From an uncultured delta proteobacterium (GTDB lineage: Bacteria > Myxococcota_A > Polyangia > Fen-1088): DNA of 64,000 bases. Below are positions 8,678 to 23,579 of this stretch, in pieces. The position numbers were made by a program, and so were the translations under genes. The stretch is taken from the NCBI GenBank assembly GCA_963767925.1, contig CAVYGB010000010.1, positions 928,001 through 992,000 of the forward strand, read 5' to 3'. The notes below the pieces were generated by a model. The model ran no database searches. It worked only from the letters and a program-made list of their open reading frames with translations, and had not been told where the DNA came from. Position 1 is the stretch's first letter; the number at the start of each line of letters is the position of its first letter.

Positions 8678-11600
8678 ATGAGCGCCGGGCGCGTGCTGCG
8701 GGCCGGGAGCCGGCTGCTCGGCGGGATCCTGCTGGGTGCGATCCTGCTGCTCGTTGCCGGCGTCCTGGTCCTCAACAGCCGCCCGGGCAACCGGGCCCTG
8801 CTCGGCCGCGCCCTGCCGATGGCCAACGATCTGATCGCCGGCGGTCTCGCCGTGGACGGTTTCCGGCTGGGCATGGATCGGCTGGTGCTGACCGGGATCG
8901 TGCTGCGTGACCCCGAAGGGGCTGTGGTCGCCCGGATCGAACGGCTGGAGGTGGTGATCGCCCCGCTGTCCCTGCTGCGGAGCCGGCTCGAGCTGCGCGT
9001 GGTGAAGGTGCAGCGACCACGGTTGTGGCTCGCGCAGGACGCACGAGGCCTCAACCTCGCCCGCGCGCTGGCGGTGCGGCCGCGGGCGCCCTCGCCCCCC
9101 GGGGAGCCGGCCGACCTGGTAGTCGCCCTGCAGCGACTGGTGCTCCGCGACGGAGAGATCGAGCTGCGCAGCGCCGGGTCGCCGGGCGAGCGGATCCAGC
9201 GCCCGCCCCAGGCGCGGCTCACGGCCCTGGAGGCAGACGGCGAGGGTCGCTACGACTTGCGGGCGGGTCGCCTGGGAGCGACGCTGAAGCTCCGGGGCCG
9301 GAGCCTCGCGCCCCACCCGGCTCCCCTGGAGCTTTCGCTGCAAGGCAAGTGGGGGGGCGGGGGCCAGGCCTCGGTCGACGTTCGCCTGGGCGACAGCCGC
9401 CTGGCCGCCGATCTGCGCGCGACGGACGAGCTCGGACAGGAGCTGGCCCTCTCGCTGCGAACCCTCCGACTCACGCCGGATCTGGCGCGGGCGCTGGCGC
9501 CGACCTGGCCCCTGCGCGGCGCGATCGAAGCCACCGGTACCCTGCGCCGGAGTGGCCCCGTCGTACGGGCGGACGTCGCCATCGACACGGCCGGGGGCCG
9601 GTTCCAGGTGAAGGGCGGCCTCGAGACCGATGGCTGGCGCAGTCCCGGGCTCCGGGTCGAGGGCCGGGACGTCGACCTGAGCGCTCTGCTCGTGAAGGGG
9701 CCGCCGTCGGCGTTCTCCTTTTCGCTGGTCGGTCGGGGCGGTGGTCCCGATATGGCCAGCATGAACGGGGAGATCGACCTCCAGGTCCCGGAAGGCCAGG
9801 TCAGCGGCCGGCCGGCCGGGCCGGTGCGCCTCCGGGCCCGGGCGCGAGACGGCGAGTACCGGCTGGAAGAGCTCGTCGCTGCGCTCCCCGGCCTGTCGCT
9901 GTCGGCCCGGGGACGGGCGGACCACAGCGACCTCTCGCTCGAGGTGGCTCTGCAGGCCAGAAGCCTGCGACAGGCAGGTCGCTCCCTGACCGCGGGAGCG
10001 CCCCTGCCAATCGGGGGCCAAGGAACGCTCTCGGCCCGGGTCGATGGCCCCTGGCGGCAGCCCCGGCTCACCGCCTCCGGGCGCTTCGGCCGCGTTCGCT
10101 TCCGCGAGCACGAGGTCCGCAACCTGTCGCTGCGGGTCCGGGCGCCCGATCTGCACCGGCCGCAACTTCTGAACGGGAGCTTGACCCTGGGGTCGGCCCG
10201 GATCGGGTCTCGACAGCTCGAGCAGATCGGCCTCGAGGTGGCGACTTCGGACAACCGAGCCTTCAGGGCCAGCTTGCGCCTGCAGCGGCCACAACCACTC
10301 TCGCTGGCCATCGCTGGCCGCTGGTCGCCGGCTCTGGACGCCCTGGCCCTCGACCGGCTCACGGTCGACTATCCCGGTGCGAGCTGGCGGATGACGGCGC
10401 CGGCTCGCATCGCGACCGGAGCGGCGCTCGTGGTGGAAGGGCTGCGCTTGCGTTCGGACGTCCAGCGGCTCGCCCTCGACCTTCATCGCTCGGGTGGCCG
10501 GCTGCGGGCCCGGGCCGACCTCGAGCGGATCGACCTCGGCCGGCTGCCCGCCATCGCGAGCGCCACGTTGCCGGCGCTGGCCGGACGGCTGGACGCCTCC
10601 ATCGAGGCAACCGGATCGCCCGACCTCCCGCTGCTGCAGGCGCGCGGCTCGGTCAGCGCCGGCCGGGTGGCCGACCTGCGAGACCTGGCCCTCGACTTCG
10701 ACGCCAGGGTGGGCCGCGTACGGGTCGAGGGCCGGATGCAAGCGCAGGCCCTCGGCGCGCAGGTGACGACCCGCTTCGACCTGCCTCGTGCCTTCCCCCC
10801 GCCTCCGAACGCGGACCTGGCCCTGTCGCTGCGGACGACCTCGCTGCCGCTCGATCGCTTGCTGGCCGCGCTTGGATCGAAGGACCGGCAAATCGCTGGC
10901 CGGGCCTCGCTGGAGGCCACCCTCGGCGGCACGTTCTCCCGACCGCGCCTGGAGGTGCGGGCCGCGGTGCCGGACCTCGTCGCCGCCGGGCATCCGGTGG
11001 GCGCCGTCGAGCTGGCGGCGGCGGCCGCGCCCGGTTCGCCGCTGACCGCGGATCTGCGCGTCCGGACGCTGGGCCGCACCGGGACGGTGAGCCTGCGCGC
11101 GCCCCTCGATCTCGGCGAGCTGCTGCGCCGGCCCCCGCCCGCCAGCCAGTTTTACGACCAGCCGTTCGAAGCCCACGCCGCGCTCGAGGCTCTGCCCCTG
11201 CAGACGCTCGCCGGCCTGGCCGGCCGGGGCGCCGGAGTCGGCGGGACCGTCAGCCTTTCGATGGACGCCCGGGGAACTCCGCGGAGCCCGGTCGGCTCGC
11301 TGCGGATCGCGCTCGCTGGACTGCGAGCGCCTGGCATCCCGCCCACCGACGCCCACCTGGAGGTCCAGGCGCGCGACAGCGCCCAGGGATTGACCGCCCA
11401 GCTCTCGGTGAGCCGGGCGAACCGGACGGTGGCCAGCCTCCGCGCTTCGCTGGCCCTGGCCACCACCCGGCTCGCCGACCGAGCGGCGCTGGCGCGGGCC
11501 CCGCTCTCGCTGGACGGCCAGGTCGGCCCCCTCGACCTGCAGCGCCTGGTGGCGCCCGCGGACGGACGCGGGCAGCGGGCCCGCCTCCTGGGCGGCACCG

Positions 11601-13267
11601 GGCAGGCCCGGGTACAGCTCGAGGGAAACCTGGGCTCGCCCCGGCTCACGGTTGCGGCACGGATAGACGACGTGTCTCTGCAGGGCGTGCCGCTGGGCCG
11701 GGCCCACCTGCGGGTTGAATACGCCGACCGGCGGCCCCACCTGGAGCTGCGGCTCGACGGCGCGGACGGAGGATTTCTGGAGCTGACCGCGAACAGCCGG
11801 GTGGATCTCGGCTACCCGTTGCCTGCGGGTGCACTCCCCCTCCTGAAGAACCTTCCGGTGACCGCCCGGCTGCGCGCGGATCGATACGACCTCACCCCCC
11901 TCGCGGGGTTGAGCGATCAGGTCCGCGTGATCGAGGGGCGGCTCGCCGCCCAGGCGGACATCGAGGGCTCCCTGGGCGCGCCCCGGGTGCGCGGCCGCTT
12001 GCAATGGAAGGACGGCCGGCTGGTGGTCGCCGGACTGGGCGAATACGGGAACATCCACCTGCTGTTGAACGGCGATGACCGCCGCCTGGTGCTCGAGGAG
12101 CTGACGGCCAGCAGCGACGGCGGCACGGCGCGCCTGACCGGCTCGGCCGAGCGAGAGCCCGGCGCAGGATTCAAGATCGAGGCCCGGGCGGATCTGCGTC
12201 GCTTTCCCATCCGCACCGACGGCCAGCGGATCGCCACCCTGTCCATGGCCCCCCGCCTGTCTGGCCGGGCCTCTGTCGAGCGCGTCGAGCTCGTTGCCGA
12301 GCTGGATGAAGCGGACGTGCGGCTCGCGCCGGGCAAACGGCAACAGGTGCAGTCGCTCGAACGTCTCGGGGATGTGGTGCTCTACTGGGGCGACGACCCC
12401 CTGGACGGCGCGCAGGCCGAAAAACACGCCGCCCTGGAGCAGGCGAGGCAGCGCCTCCTGGCGCGCCACGAGCTGCAGGACCCCGCGAACCAGGCCGGAA
12501 GCGGCGGCCGCCCCCCCGGGCCGGCAGACCGGGTAGCCGAGCTGCGGGTGAACGCGCCCCGGAACCTCTGGGTCCGGGGCCCGGACATCAATCTGGAGCT
12601 CGGGTTGGGACCCCAGTTCGTCCTGCTCACCAACCCCCAACCATCGATCTTCGGGACGGTCCTGGTCCGGCGCGGTCAGGTGGAGGTGCTGGGACGCCGC
12701 TTCGTCCTGGATGACAGCTCACTGCTGAGATTCACCGGGCCCCCCGATCAGCCGCGCCTCGATGTCCGGGCCGTACACCGGCCCCGCCACGCCGATCTGA
12801 CCGTGGTGGTGAGTCTGAGCGGCCCGGTCGATGCCCTCGAGATCGACATCACGTCCCCCGAGCACCCCGAATATGCCCAGGCCGACCTGCTGGCGATGGT
12901 GATGACCGGCCGGCCACCAGATGCGCCGTCGTCGGCAGTCCCCTCTCCTTCCAGCCAGGCGGCCTCGCTGCTGGGAGGCCTGCTCGCCGACAAGCTCCAG
13001 AGCACGATCATGGGCAGGCTGCCCATCGACGTCCTCAACATCGACCCCGGCGAAGGCCTGCGTGGCCTGCAGCTCGAGGCCGGCACCTACCTGGGAGACG
13101 ACCTGTACGTGTCCTACGTCGGCCGCTTCGGCAACGACCCCTTCCTGCGGGAGAACCAGAACGAGATGCAGCTCGAGTACCGGCTGTCGCAACGCTGGAG
13201 CTTCGAGGCCAGCTACGGCGACGCCCGCCGCGGCTCGGCGGACATGATCTGGACCACACGTTACTGA
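8678..13267 (+). CDS. tamB: Translocation and assembly module TamB-like protein
   Basis: 1529 aa with N-terminal TM anchor, long amphipathic beta-rich body and DUF490-like C-terminus (GRRFVL..SLLRFTG...EAGTYL..DLYVSY...EYRLSQRWSFE). Confidence 0.88.
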   Translation: MSAGRVLRAGSRLLGGILLGAILLLVAGVLVLNSRPGNRALLGRALPMANDLIAGGLAVDGFRLGMDRLVLTGIVLRDPEGAVVARIERLEVVIAPLSLLRSRLELRVVKVQRPRLWLAQDARGLNLARALAVRPRAPSPPGEPADLVVALQRLVLRDGEIELRSAGSPGERIQRPPQARLTALEADGEGRYDLRAGRLGATLKLRGRSLAPHPAPLELSLQGKWGGGGQASVDVRLGDSRLAADLRATDELGQELALSLRTLRLTPDLARALAPTWPLRGAIEATGTLRRSGPVVRADVAIDTAGGRFQVKGGLETDGWRSPGLRVEGRDVDLSALLVKGPPSAFSFSLVGRGGGPDMASMNGEIDLQVPEGQVSGRPAGPVRLRARARDGEYRLEELVAALPGLSLSARGRADHSDLSLEVALQARSLRQAGRSLTAGAPLPIGGQGTLSARVDGPWRQPRLTASGRFGRVRFREHEVRNLSLRVRAPDLHRPQLLNGSLTLGSARIGSRQLEQIGLEVATSDNRAFRASLRLQRPQPLSLAIAGRWSPALDALALDRLTVDYPGASWRMTAPARIATGAALVVEGLRLRSDVQRLALDLHRSGGRLRARADLERIDLGRLPAIASATLPALAGRLDASIEATGSPDLPLLQARGSVSAGRVADLRDLALDFDARVGRVRVEGRMQAQALGAQVTTRFDLPRAFPPPPNADLALSLRTTSLPLDRLLAALGSKDRQIAGRASLEATLGGTFSRPRLEVRAAVPDLVAAGHPVGAVELAAAAAPGSPLTADLRVRTLGRTGTVSLRAPLDLGELLRRPPPASQFYDQPFEAHAALEALPLQTLAGLAGRGAGVGGTVSLSMDARGTPRSPVGSLRIALAGLRAPGIPPTDAHLEVQARDSAQGLTAQLSVSRANRTVASLRASLALATTRLADRAALARAPLSLDGQVGPLDLQRLVAPADGRGQRARLLGGTGQARVQLEGNLGSPRLTVAARIDDVSLQGVPLGRAHLRVEYADRRPHLELRLDGADGGFLELTANSRVDLGYPLPAGALPLLKNLPVTARLRADRYDLTPLAGLSDQVRVIEGRLAAQADIEGSLGAPRVRGRLQWKDGRLVVAGLGEYGNIHLLLNGDDRRLVLEELTASSDGGTARLTGSAEREPGAGFKIEARADLRRFPIRTDGQRIATLSMAPRLSGRASVERVELVAELDEADVRLAPGKRQQVQSLERLGDVVLYWGDDPLDGAQAEKHAALEQARQRLLARHELQDPANQAGSGGRPPGPADRVAELRVNAPRNLWVRGPDINLELGLGPQFVLLTNPQPSIFGTVLVRRGQVEVLGRRFVLDDSSLLRFTGPPDQPRLDVRAVHRPRHADLTVVVSLSGPVDALEIDITSPEHPEYAQADLLAMVMTGRPPDAPSSAVPSPSSQAASLLGGLLADKLQSTIMGRLPIDVLNIDPGEGLRGLQLEAGTYLGDDLYVSYVGRFGNDPFLRENQNEMQLEYRLSQRWSFEASYGDARRGSADMIWTTRY

Positions 13268-13282
13268 GCCCGGGCAGACCCG

Positions 13283-14176
13283 TCAGGGGCCCTCCGCGAA
13301 GGCGGGCGCGGCCTCGCCGAGGGGAACTGCCAGCACCGAACACGGCGCCGACTCTGCCACCGTCTCGGCCGTGCTGCCAAGCACCAGGCGCCGCCACGCC
13401 GACTGACCGCGGGTGCCGACCACCACCAGCTCCGCGCCCAGTCGACGGGCCAGGCGATCTATCCCCGCCGTCGCCGGACCTAGCGTGACCCGGAGGTCGC
13501 CCGCGACGTCGGATCGGGAAAGCGCCTCGGCCAGCCGGTGGCCGGCGACCTCGGCCATGGTCGCGTCAACCGTGAAGGGCAAGCTGGCCGAGGTCGCCCC
13601 CTCCATGATGTGGACCACGGTGAGGCTCGCCCCGTGCAGGCGGGCGACGTCGGCGGCGGCCCGGATGGCCGGCAACGACGGATCGGACAGATCGGTCGCC
13701 GCCAGGATGGTGCGGACGACGATGGAGGGATCCGCCCGGGCGATCAACACCGGACAGTGGCCATTGCGCATCACCTTGGCGGCCACCCCCGTCGCCAGCG
13801 GCCCCATCCGGGATCGGCTCAGCGGCTCGCCGATGACCAGCAGGTCGATCTTCCGCTCCCCGGCGATCTCGACCAGGCCCGTGCCCGGGTCGCCCCCCCC
13901 GACCAGGAGCTGGACCTCGTCAGGGCCTCTGCGGGTCAGCTCCCGCAGGCGCTCCCCGAGCCGTTGCGCCACCCGTGGCCGCTGCTCCGACTCCGCCCGC
14001 CGGCTCTGTGCCCGGGCGAGGGGAGAGAGCGCCTGGACGCCAGTGGGGCCCGGGATGACGTGACAGCCGATGAGTCGCGCCTCCCAGAGACGGGCGAGCG
14101 CGTCGGCCTGGCGAATCGCCCGATCGGCGGGCGATCGGAAATCCACCCCCACAAGAATTCTCCTCGGTTCGAACAT
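13283..14176 (-). CDS. Universal stress protein (two USP domains)
   Basis: RILVGVDF...DLLVIG...CPVLIAR and ILAATDLSDPS...LVVVGTRG...LGSTAETV...APCSVLAV. RBS AAAGGAG. Confidence 0.9.
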   Translation of the reverse strand: MFEPRRILVGVDFRSPADRAIRQADALARLWEARLIGCHVIPGPTGVQALSPLARAQSRRAESEQRPRVAQRLGERLRELTRRGPDEVQLLVGGGDPGTGLVEIAGERKIDLLVIGEPLSRSRMGPLATGVAAKVMRNGHCPVLIARADPSIVVRTILAATDLSDPSLPAIRAAADVARLHGASLTVVHIMEGATSASLPFTVDATMAEVAGHRLAEALSRSDVAGDLRVTLGPATAGIDRLARRLGAELVVVGTRGQSAWRRLVLGSTAETVAESAPCSVLAVPLGEAAPAFAEGP

Positions 14177-14516
14177 GTCTACTCCTTTCGCATGGCCTTC
14201 ATGGCCCAGCCAGCCAGCCGCTCGACGAATGGTGAAACCACTGGCATCCCGGCGCGGCGGTCGCCACGAGGGCGGGTGGTGGGCGTCCTGATCACCCCGG
14301 AGAGGCTGGGAAAACGATCAACGTGGTGGCCGCCCCAGAAGGCAATATATCCCGCATGTCTTTGGCATGCCAACTATATTGGCCCGCGGGCGGCGGGTCA
14401 GGGTCTGACGGTTCCGCTTCCCGCGGGGCATCACGAGGCCATTGACCGATTCGCCTGAGACCCATAGCCTTTTACGACTGCTGGTCGCATTCACGCCCCC
14501 CTCGGGAGACCCAAAC

Positions 14517-16543
14517 ATGACCCTCAAAGATGTCCCAGCACCCCCTGCGCGAGCGCCGGGCCCTCCGGCGATTGGTGGCCGCGAACGCGTCGTGATCGAG
14601 CGCCTGTCTCCCTCGGTCGAGGGCGGCCCCTTTCCCATCAAGCGGGTGCCTGGCGACGTGCTCGAGGTGGAGGTGGATCTGCTCGCCGACGGCCACGACA
14701 GGATCGGGGGCGTTTTACTCTGGCGCACGGGGCGGACGGCCACCTTCTCGGAGACCAACCTCGCCCCGCTGGGCAACGACCGGTGGCACGCCTCGGTCAC
14801 CCTCGACGCGGTGGGGCTCTGGCAATACACGGTCGAGGCGTGGGTGGACGCGTTCGCCACCTGGCGCTGGGCGTTCGCCCGCAAGCTGGACGCCGGCCAG
14901 GACGTCGCCGTGGAGCTGGCCGAGGGGACCCTGCTGGTCGCGGCCGCCGCCGAGCGCGCGCCGGGCCTAGCAAGCGAGCGGCTACGAGAGATCGCGGGCA
15001 CCCTGGGCGGCCAGACCCCCCAGACCGAGCGGGCGGCGCTGGCGCTCGACCCGGCCCTGTCCGAGCTGATGCAGCGCTGGCCCGACCGGACGGCGGCCAG
15101 CCGGCCCGGTGCCATCCACGAGGTGATCGTCGACCCGCTGCGGGCGCGCTTCTCGGCCTGGTACGAGTTCTTTCCTCGCTCCTGCGGCCCGGCCGGCCGT
15201 CATGGCACGTTCCGGGATGCCGAGGCGCGGCTGGCCTATGCCGCGGAGATGGGCTTCGACGTGGTCTACTTGCCTCCCATCCACCCCATCGGGCGTGCCC
15301 ACCGCAAGGGCCCCAACAATTCCCTGATCGCCGGCCCCGACGACCTCGGCAGCCCCTGGGCCATCGGCGCGGCGGAGGGCGGGCACAAGGACGTCCACCC
15401 TGCCCTGGGCACCCTCGAAGACTTTCGCCGCCTGGTTGCCAGCGCAAGATCGCTGGGGCTCGAGGTGGCCATCGACATCGCCTTCCAGGCCTCGCCCGAC
15501 CACCCCTACGTTCGCGAACACCCGGACTGGTTCTTCTCCCGCCCCGACGGAAGCATCCAGTACGCGGAGAATCCGCCCAAGCGCTACCAGGACATCTACC
15601 CCTTCCACTTCGGGGGGCCGGGCTGGCGTTCGTTGTGGCAAGAGCTGGCGGACGTTTTCTTCTTCTGGATCGACCACGGCGTGCAGGTCTTCCGGGTCGA
15701 CAATCCCCACACCAAGCCGCTGCCCTTCTGGAAGTGGTGCCTGGACACGGTGAAGGAGCGACACCCCGAGGTCGTCTTCCTGGCCGAGGCGTTCACGCGA
15801 CCCAAGCTCATGTACGGGCTGGCCAAGGCCGGCTTCTCCCAGTCCTATACTTATTTTACCTGGCGGACCGGCAAGGCCGAGCTCATCGCCTATTTCACCG
15901 AGCTGACCCGCGGTGAGGTGGCCGAATACTTCCGGCCCAACCTCTGGCCCAACACGCCCGACATCTTGCCCGAGCACCTTCAGCTCGGTAGCCGGGCCAC
16001 CTTCATCGCGCGGCTGGTGCTGGCCGGGACCTTGTCGGCGAGCTACGGGATCTACGGCCCTCCCTTCGAGCTCATGGAGCGCACGCCGCGCGACGGGTCC
16101 GAGGAGTACGCGGACAACGAGAAGTACCAGCTCCGCCACTGGGACCTCGGCCGGCCCGACAGCCTGCGCCCGGTAATCAAGCGGCTCAACCACATCCGGC
16201 GACATCACCCGGCCCTGCAGGGCAACGCCAGCCTGGTCTTTCACCAGGTCGACAACGATCTTCTGATCGCCTACAGCAAGCGCAGTCCAGACGGCAGCAG
16301 CGTGGTCCTGACGGTCGTGAGCCTGGATGGTAGCCACCGGCAAGCGGGCTCGCTCGAGCTGGACCTGCCCGCCCTGGGCCTCGCGCCGGACGAGGCCTTC
16401 CAGGTCCACGATCTCCTGAGCGACGCCCGCTTTCTCTGGCGGGCTCCCCGCGCCTACGTCGAGCTCGATCCCGAAACCATGCCCGCCCACGTCTTCGCTG
16501 TGCGCCGCCGGGCGCGGAGCGAAAGAACTTTCGAGTATTACCT

Positions 16544-16547
<4 letters not shown>
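14517..16547 (+). CDS. glgE: Alpha-1,4-glucan:maltose-1-phosphate maltosyltransferase
   Basis: WYEFFPRS, YLPPIHPIG, YAENPPKRYQDIYP, FRVDNPHTKP, LAEAFTRP, NTPDIL. Confidence 0.96.
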
Positions 16548-19893
<3,346 letters not shown>

Positions 19894-19897
<4 letters not shown>

Positions 19898-21789
19898 CCC
19901 GGCTTGGGGAGGTCGATCGGCACCTGCTGGCCGAGGGGACCCACGCCCGGCTGTGGGAGCGGCTGGGCGCCCATCCCGGGGCGGGCGGTACCCGGTTTGC
20001 CGTGTGGGCCCCCAACGCCGTGGCGGTCGCGGTCATCGGGGACTTCAACGACTGGGGACGCGCGGCGACCGCCCCCCTTTACCCGGAAGGAGGGGGCGTG
20101 TGGGCAGGAGAGGTCGCTGGCGCCGGTATCGGCGCCGGCTACAAATACCGCATCAGCGGCCGGGGGGGCTACCAGGTCGACAAGTCTGATCCGTTTGCCT
20201 TCGCCCGGGAGATGCCACCGGCCACGGCTTCGGTGGTGACCAACCTCCACTTCGACTGGGCCGACACCGCCTGGATGTCATCCCGCCAGGAGCGCCAGCG
20301 CCATACCGACCCCATCTCGATCTACGAGATGCACCTGGGCTCCTGGCGGCGAGATCCGCGAGCGCCCGCCGGCTTTCTCGGCTACCGCGAGATCGCGCCC
20401 CTGCTGGCGGAGCACGTGACCCGGCACGGCTTCACGCACGTCGAGCTCTTGCCCGTGATGGAGCACCCCTTTTACGGCTCGTGGGGTTACGAGGTGACCG
20501 GCTTCTTCGCTCCCTCGGCCCGATTTGGCTCTCCCCAGGATTTCATGTACCTGGTGGATTACCTTCACCGGCACGGCGTCGGCGTGATCCTCGACTGGCC
20601 GCCGGCGCACTTTCCGACCGACGAGCACGGCCTCGTCTACTTCGACGGCACCCACCTCTACGAGCACGCCGACCCCCGGCAGGGCCGCCACCCCCACTGG
20701 GGCAGCGCCGTCTTCAACTATGGCCGCCACGAGGTGCGGAGCTTCCTGCTGTCCTGCGCCCTCTTCTGGCTCGAGCGGTACCACGCGGACGGCCTGCGGG
20801 TGGACGCGGTCGCCTCCATGCTCTATCTCGACTATGGACGCGGGCCCGGTGAATGGATCCCCAACGATCGCGGGGGCCACGAGAACCTGGAGGCCGTCGC
20901 CTTCCTCCGCCTGCTCAACCAGACGCTCTACCGGGAGCACCCGGACGTGCAGATCTTCGCCGAGGAGTCGACCGCCTGGCCCAGGGTCTCCCACCCCACC
21001 GATCTCGGAGGTCTGGGCTTCGGCTTCAAGTGGGACATGGGCTTCATGCACGACACCCTGGCCTATTTCGCCCGGTCGCCGGACCAGCGGCGCCACCACC
21101 ACCACCAGCTCACCTTCCGGGGGGTCTATGCCAGCAGCGAGAGCTTCGTGCTGCCGCTGTCCCATGACGAGGTCGTGCACGAGAAGCGCTCGCTCCTGGA
21201 GAAGATGCCCGGCGACGAGTGGCAGAAGCTGGCCAACCTGCGGCTGCTCTATGCGTACACCTGGGCCTTGCCCGGAAAGAAGCTCCTGTTCATGGGGGGC
21301 GAGATCGCCCAGCGCCGCGAGTGGAACCACGACGCGAGCCTGGACTGGCACCTCCTGGAAGCTCCCGGCCACGCCCAGATCGCCCGTCTGGTCGGCGATC
21401 TGAACCGCCTCTACCGCCAGGAAGCGGCCCTGCACGAGAGGGACTGCGACCCCGCTGGTTTCCAGTGGGTGGAGGCCGACGACGGGGCCCGGAGCCTGTA
21501 CGCGTTTCTTCGCCGTGGCAGCCAGTCAGAGGACGTGGTGCTCGTGGTCATCAACGGCACCCCCACCCCGCACTTCAACTACCGGATCGGCGTGCCCGGC
21601 GAGGGGCTGTGGCGGGAGATCCTCAACACCGACGCCGACACCTTCGGAGGGTCTGGTCACGGCAACCTGGGGGCGCTGGAGGCCGCGCCGCTCCCGAAAC
21701 ACGGCTGCGCCTTCTCGCTGAGCCTGACCGTCCCGCCGCTGGCCGCCCTGTACCTCAAGCCCGAAACCAGACGGGAAGCTCCGAAGTGA
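19894..21789 (+). CDS. glgB: 1,4-alpha-glucan branching enzyme
   Basis: FAVWAPNA, YEMHLGSW, EHPFYGSWGY, LRVDAVASM, AEESTAW, LPLSHDEVVH. Confidence 0.96.
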
Positions 21790-22532
21790 CGGGAGCGCGG
21801 GCCCCGAAAACCAGGGCTGCCAGGCCGGCGCCGGGACGCCGTGCCCGACGCAAGCAGCAGACCCGGGAGGCCCTCCTGGAGGCGGCCCTGCGGCTGTTCG
21901 GCAAGCACGGGGTCTACGAGACCCGGGTCGAGGACGTGACCGAGGACGCGGACGTCGGCAAGGGAGCCTTTTACAACTACTACCCCTCGAAGGCCGCCCT
22001 GGTCGCGGATTTCATCGCCCGCGGCGTGAACCGGCTGTCGGAGACCTACCTGGGGTCGGAGCGGCCAACCCGCTTCGCCGACCGTCTTGCCTCCGTCGTG
22101 AGGGCCCACGATCGCTTCTTCAGCGAGAGCCCCAGCTACGGAATCGTGTTTCACCAGGCCCGCGGGATGCTGGAGCTGGACGCCGGCGCTGCCCCCGTCC
22201 TGCGTACGGCGTTCCAGAGCTACCTCGGCCGGCTGGCCTCCTTCCTGCTCCCCGCCGCGCCTCACGGTACGACCGTCGCGGTCGAGGTCGCCGTGGCGGT
22301 GGCGGGCTGCATCGCCGGGTACCGCTCCTTCGGGTTGGCCGCCGGCATCCCAGCCGCTCCGGCGGCCCTGACGGCCTTGCTGGTTCGCGGAGTCCCGGGC
22401 CTTGCTGGACCCTCGCGCGTTCAGGACGCCGGCCGGGACCGTGCGAACAGCACCACCGCCCGACGCAACTCGCCGAGATCGAACGGCTTGTCCAGCACCA
22501 TGAGGGCCCCGAGGCGACCGGCCTCGCGGTGA
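21786..22532 (+). CDS. TetR-family transcriptional regulator
   Basis: TREALLEAALRLFGKHGVYETRVEDVTEDADVGKGAFYNYYPSK HTH. GTGA overlap with the glgB stop. The 3' end overlaps the convergent gene, so the stop is uncertain. Confidence 0.8.
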   Translation: MTGARAPKTRAARPAPGRRARRKQQTREALLEAALRLFGKHGVYETRVEDVTEDADVGKGAFYNYYPSKAALVADFIARGVNRLSETYLGSERPTRFADRLASVVRAHDRFFSESPSYGIVFHQARGMLELDAGAAPVLRTAFQSYLGRLASFLLPAAPHGTTVAVEVAVAVAGCIAGYRSFGLAAGIPAAPAALTALLVRGVPGLAGPSRVQDAGRDRANSTTARRNSPRSNGLSSTMRAPRRPASR

Positions 22533-22879
22533 GTTTCGTGGTCGCCGAAAGCAGTCATCACGATGAAGTCGGGATGCCTGCCCTGCTTGTGAAACTCTCG
22601 AATCACGCTCAAGCCGTCGGCACCCGGCAGGCGCAGGTCCGTGACCACCAGCGGGGTGTCCTGGGATTCCGAGCCGCCGAGGTAGGCGCAGGCCAGATCG
22701 GCCATCAAGTCACTGCCATCGCGCGCCTCGAACACCTGATGTCCATCCCGGCGCAGCGAGGCCGCTACCAGAGATCGAAATTCGGCGTCGTCCTCCGCCA
22801 GCAGGATCGCCAGAGGCACAGGCGCCGCGCTGTCTTGCCCCCGTGCGGCTTTCCCACCGTCGCCACCATCTGTCGTCAT
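22421..22879 (-). CDS. Single-domain response regulator (receiver only)
   Basis: ILLAEDD...VVTDLRLPG...MTAFG...DKPFD. Confidence 0.85.
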   Translation of the reverse strand: MTTDGGDGGKAARGQDSAAPVPLAILLAEDDAEFRSLVAASLRRDGHQVFEARDGSDLMADLACAYLGGSESQDTPLVVTDLRLPGADGLSVIREFHKQGRHPDFIVMTAFGDHETHREAGRLGALMVLDKPFDLGELRRAVVLFARSRPAS

Positions 22880-23109
22880 GCCCCTCGAGAGTGCAGGTTC
22901 GGGGCCGTGAGAGATCGCCCGCCCGTCCGGTCGAGCCGGTGCCCCGCGCAACCCCGTGTCGAACCGGGACGCCGGGGTGACTCGGCCTCTCGACCAGGCC
23001 CGAGGTCCATCGAGGGCCCGCCTGGTGTGGCGAGGCCAGATGCCCCACCGCGATCCGATGCCTCGGGGGGGGGGCGGCCGCCCAGCCGCACCGCAGAGGG
23101 CCCTGGCGC

Positions 23110-23556
23110 TCAGACCGGGCAGACGTGCTGCCGCACCAGACCCATCATCTGCTGGAGGTCGAACGGCTTGTCGAGCACGACCGCCCCGAGACGCTCGGCC
23201 TCCTCGCGAAGCTCCCTATCGGCGAACGACGAGATCAGGATGACCGGAGTGTTCCAGTCGGATTGGCGGAGCGCTGCAAGGGCCTGAAGCCCGGTAGCGC
23301 CCGGCAGGCGCACGTCCGAGATGACGAGCTCGACCAGGGCCTCCCCATCCGACCGGAGCATCCAGGAGTCGACCAGACCAAGGAGCTCCACGCCGTGACT
23401 GGCCTCGACCACCTCGAGCCCATCGCGGCGCAGGCACGCGGACAGCAAACCCCGGAACTCGTCGTCGTCCTCGGCGAGGATGACTCGAGTCTGTGCCACC
23501 TCGAGCGGGCTCTCGAGTGCTGCGCGCCGAACCGCTGCCCCTGCGGATGATTGCAT
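23110..23556 (-). CDS. Single-domain response regulator (receiver only)
   Basis: ILAEDDD...VISDVRLPG...ISSFA...DKPFD. GGAGG lies 5 nt before the ATG at 23556. Confidence 0.85.
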   Translation of the reverse strand: MQSSAGAAVRRAALESPLEVAQTRVILAEDDDEFRGLLSACLRRDGLEVVEASHGVELLGLVDSWMLRSDGEALVELVISDVRLPGATGLQALAALRQSDWNTPVILISSFADRELREEAERLGAVVLDKPFDLQQMMGLVRQHVCPV

Positions 23557-23579
23557 GTGGACCTCCATCCGGGTCTACT

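Noticed and set aside
8621..12640. Long antisense ORF over tamB, and many similar shadow ORFs
   Set aside because: Expected in high-GC coding DNA; R/G/A/P-rich translations with no recognisable motifs, while the sense genes are well supported.
22421..22532. 112-bp convergent overlap of the TetR and receiver genes
   Set aside because: The tail is just the antisense of the receiver gene; likely a late or lost stop, with no evidence of function.
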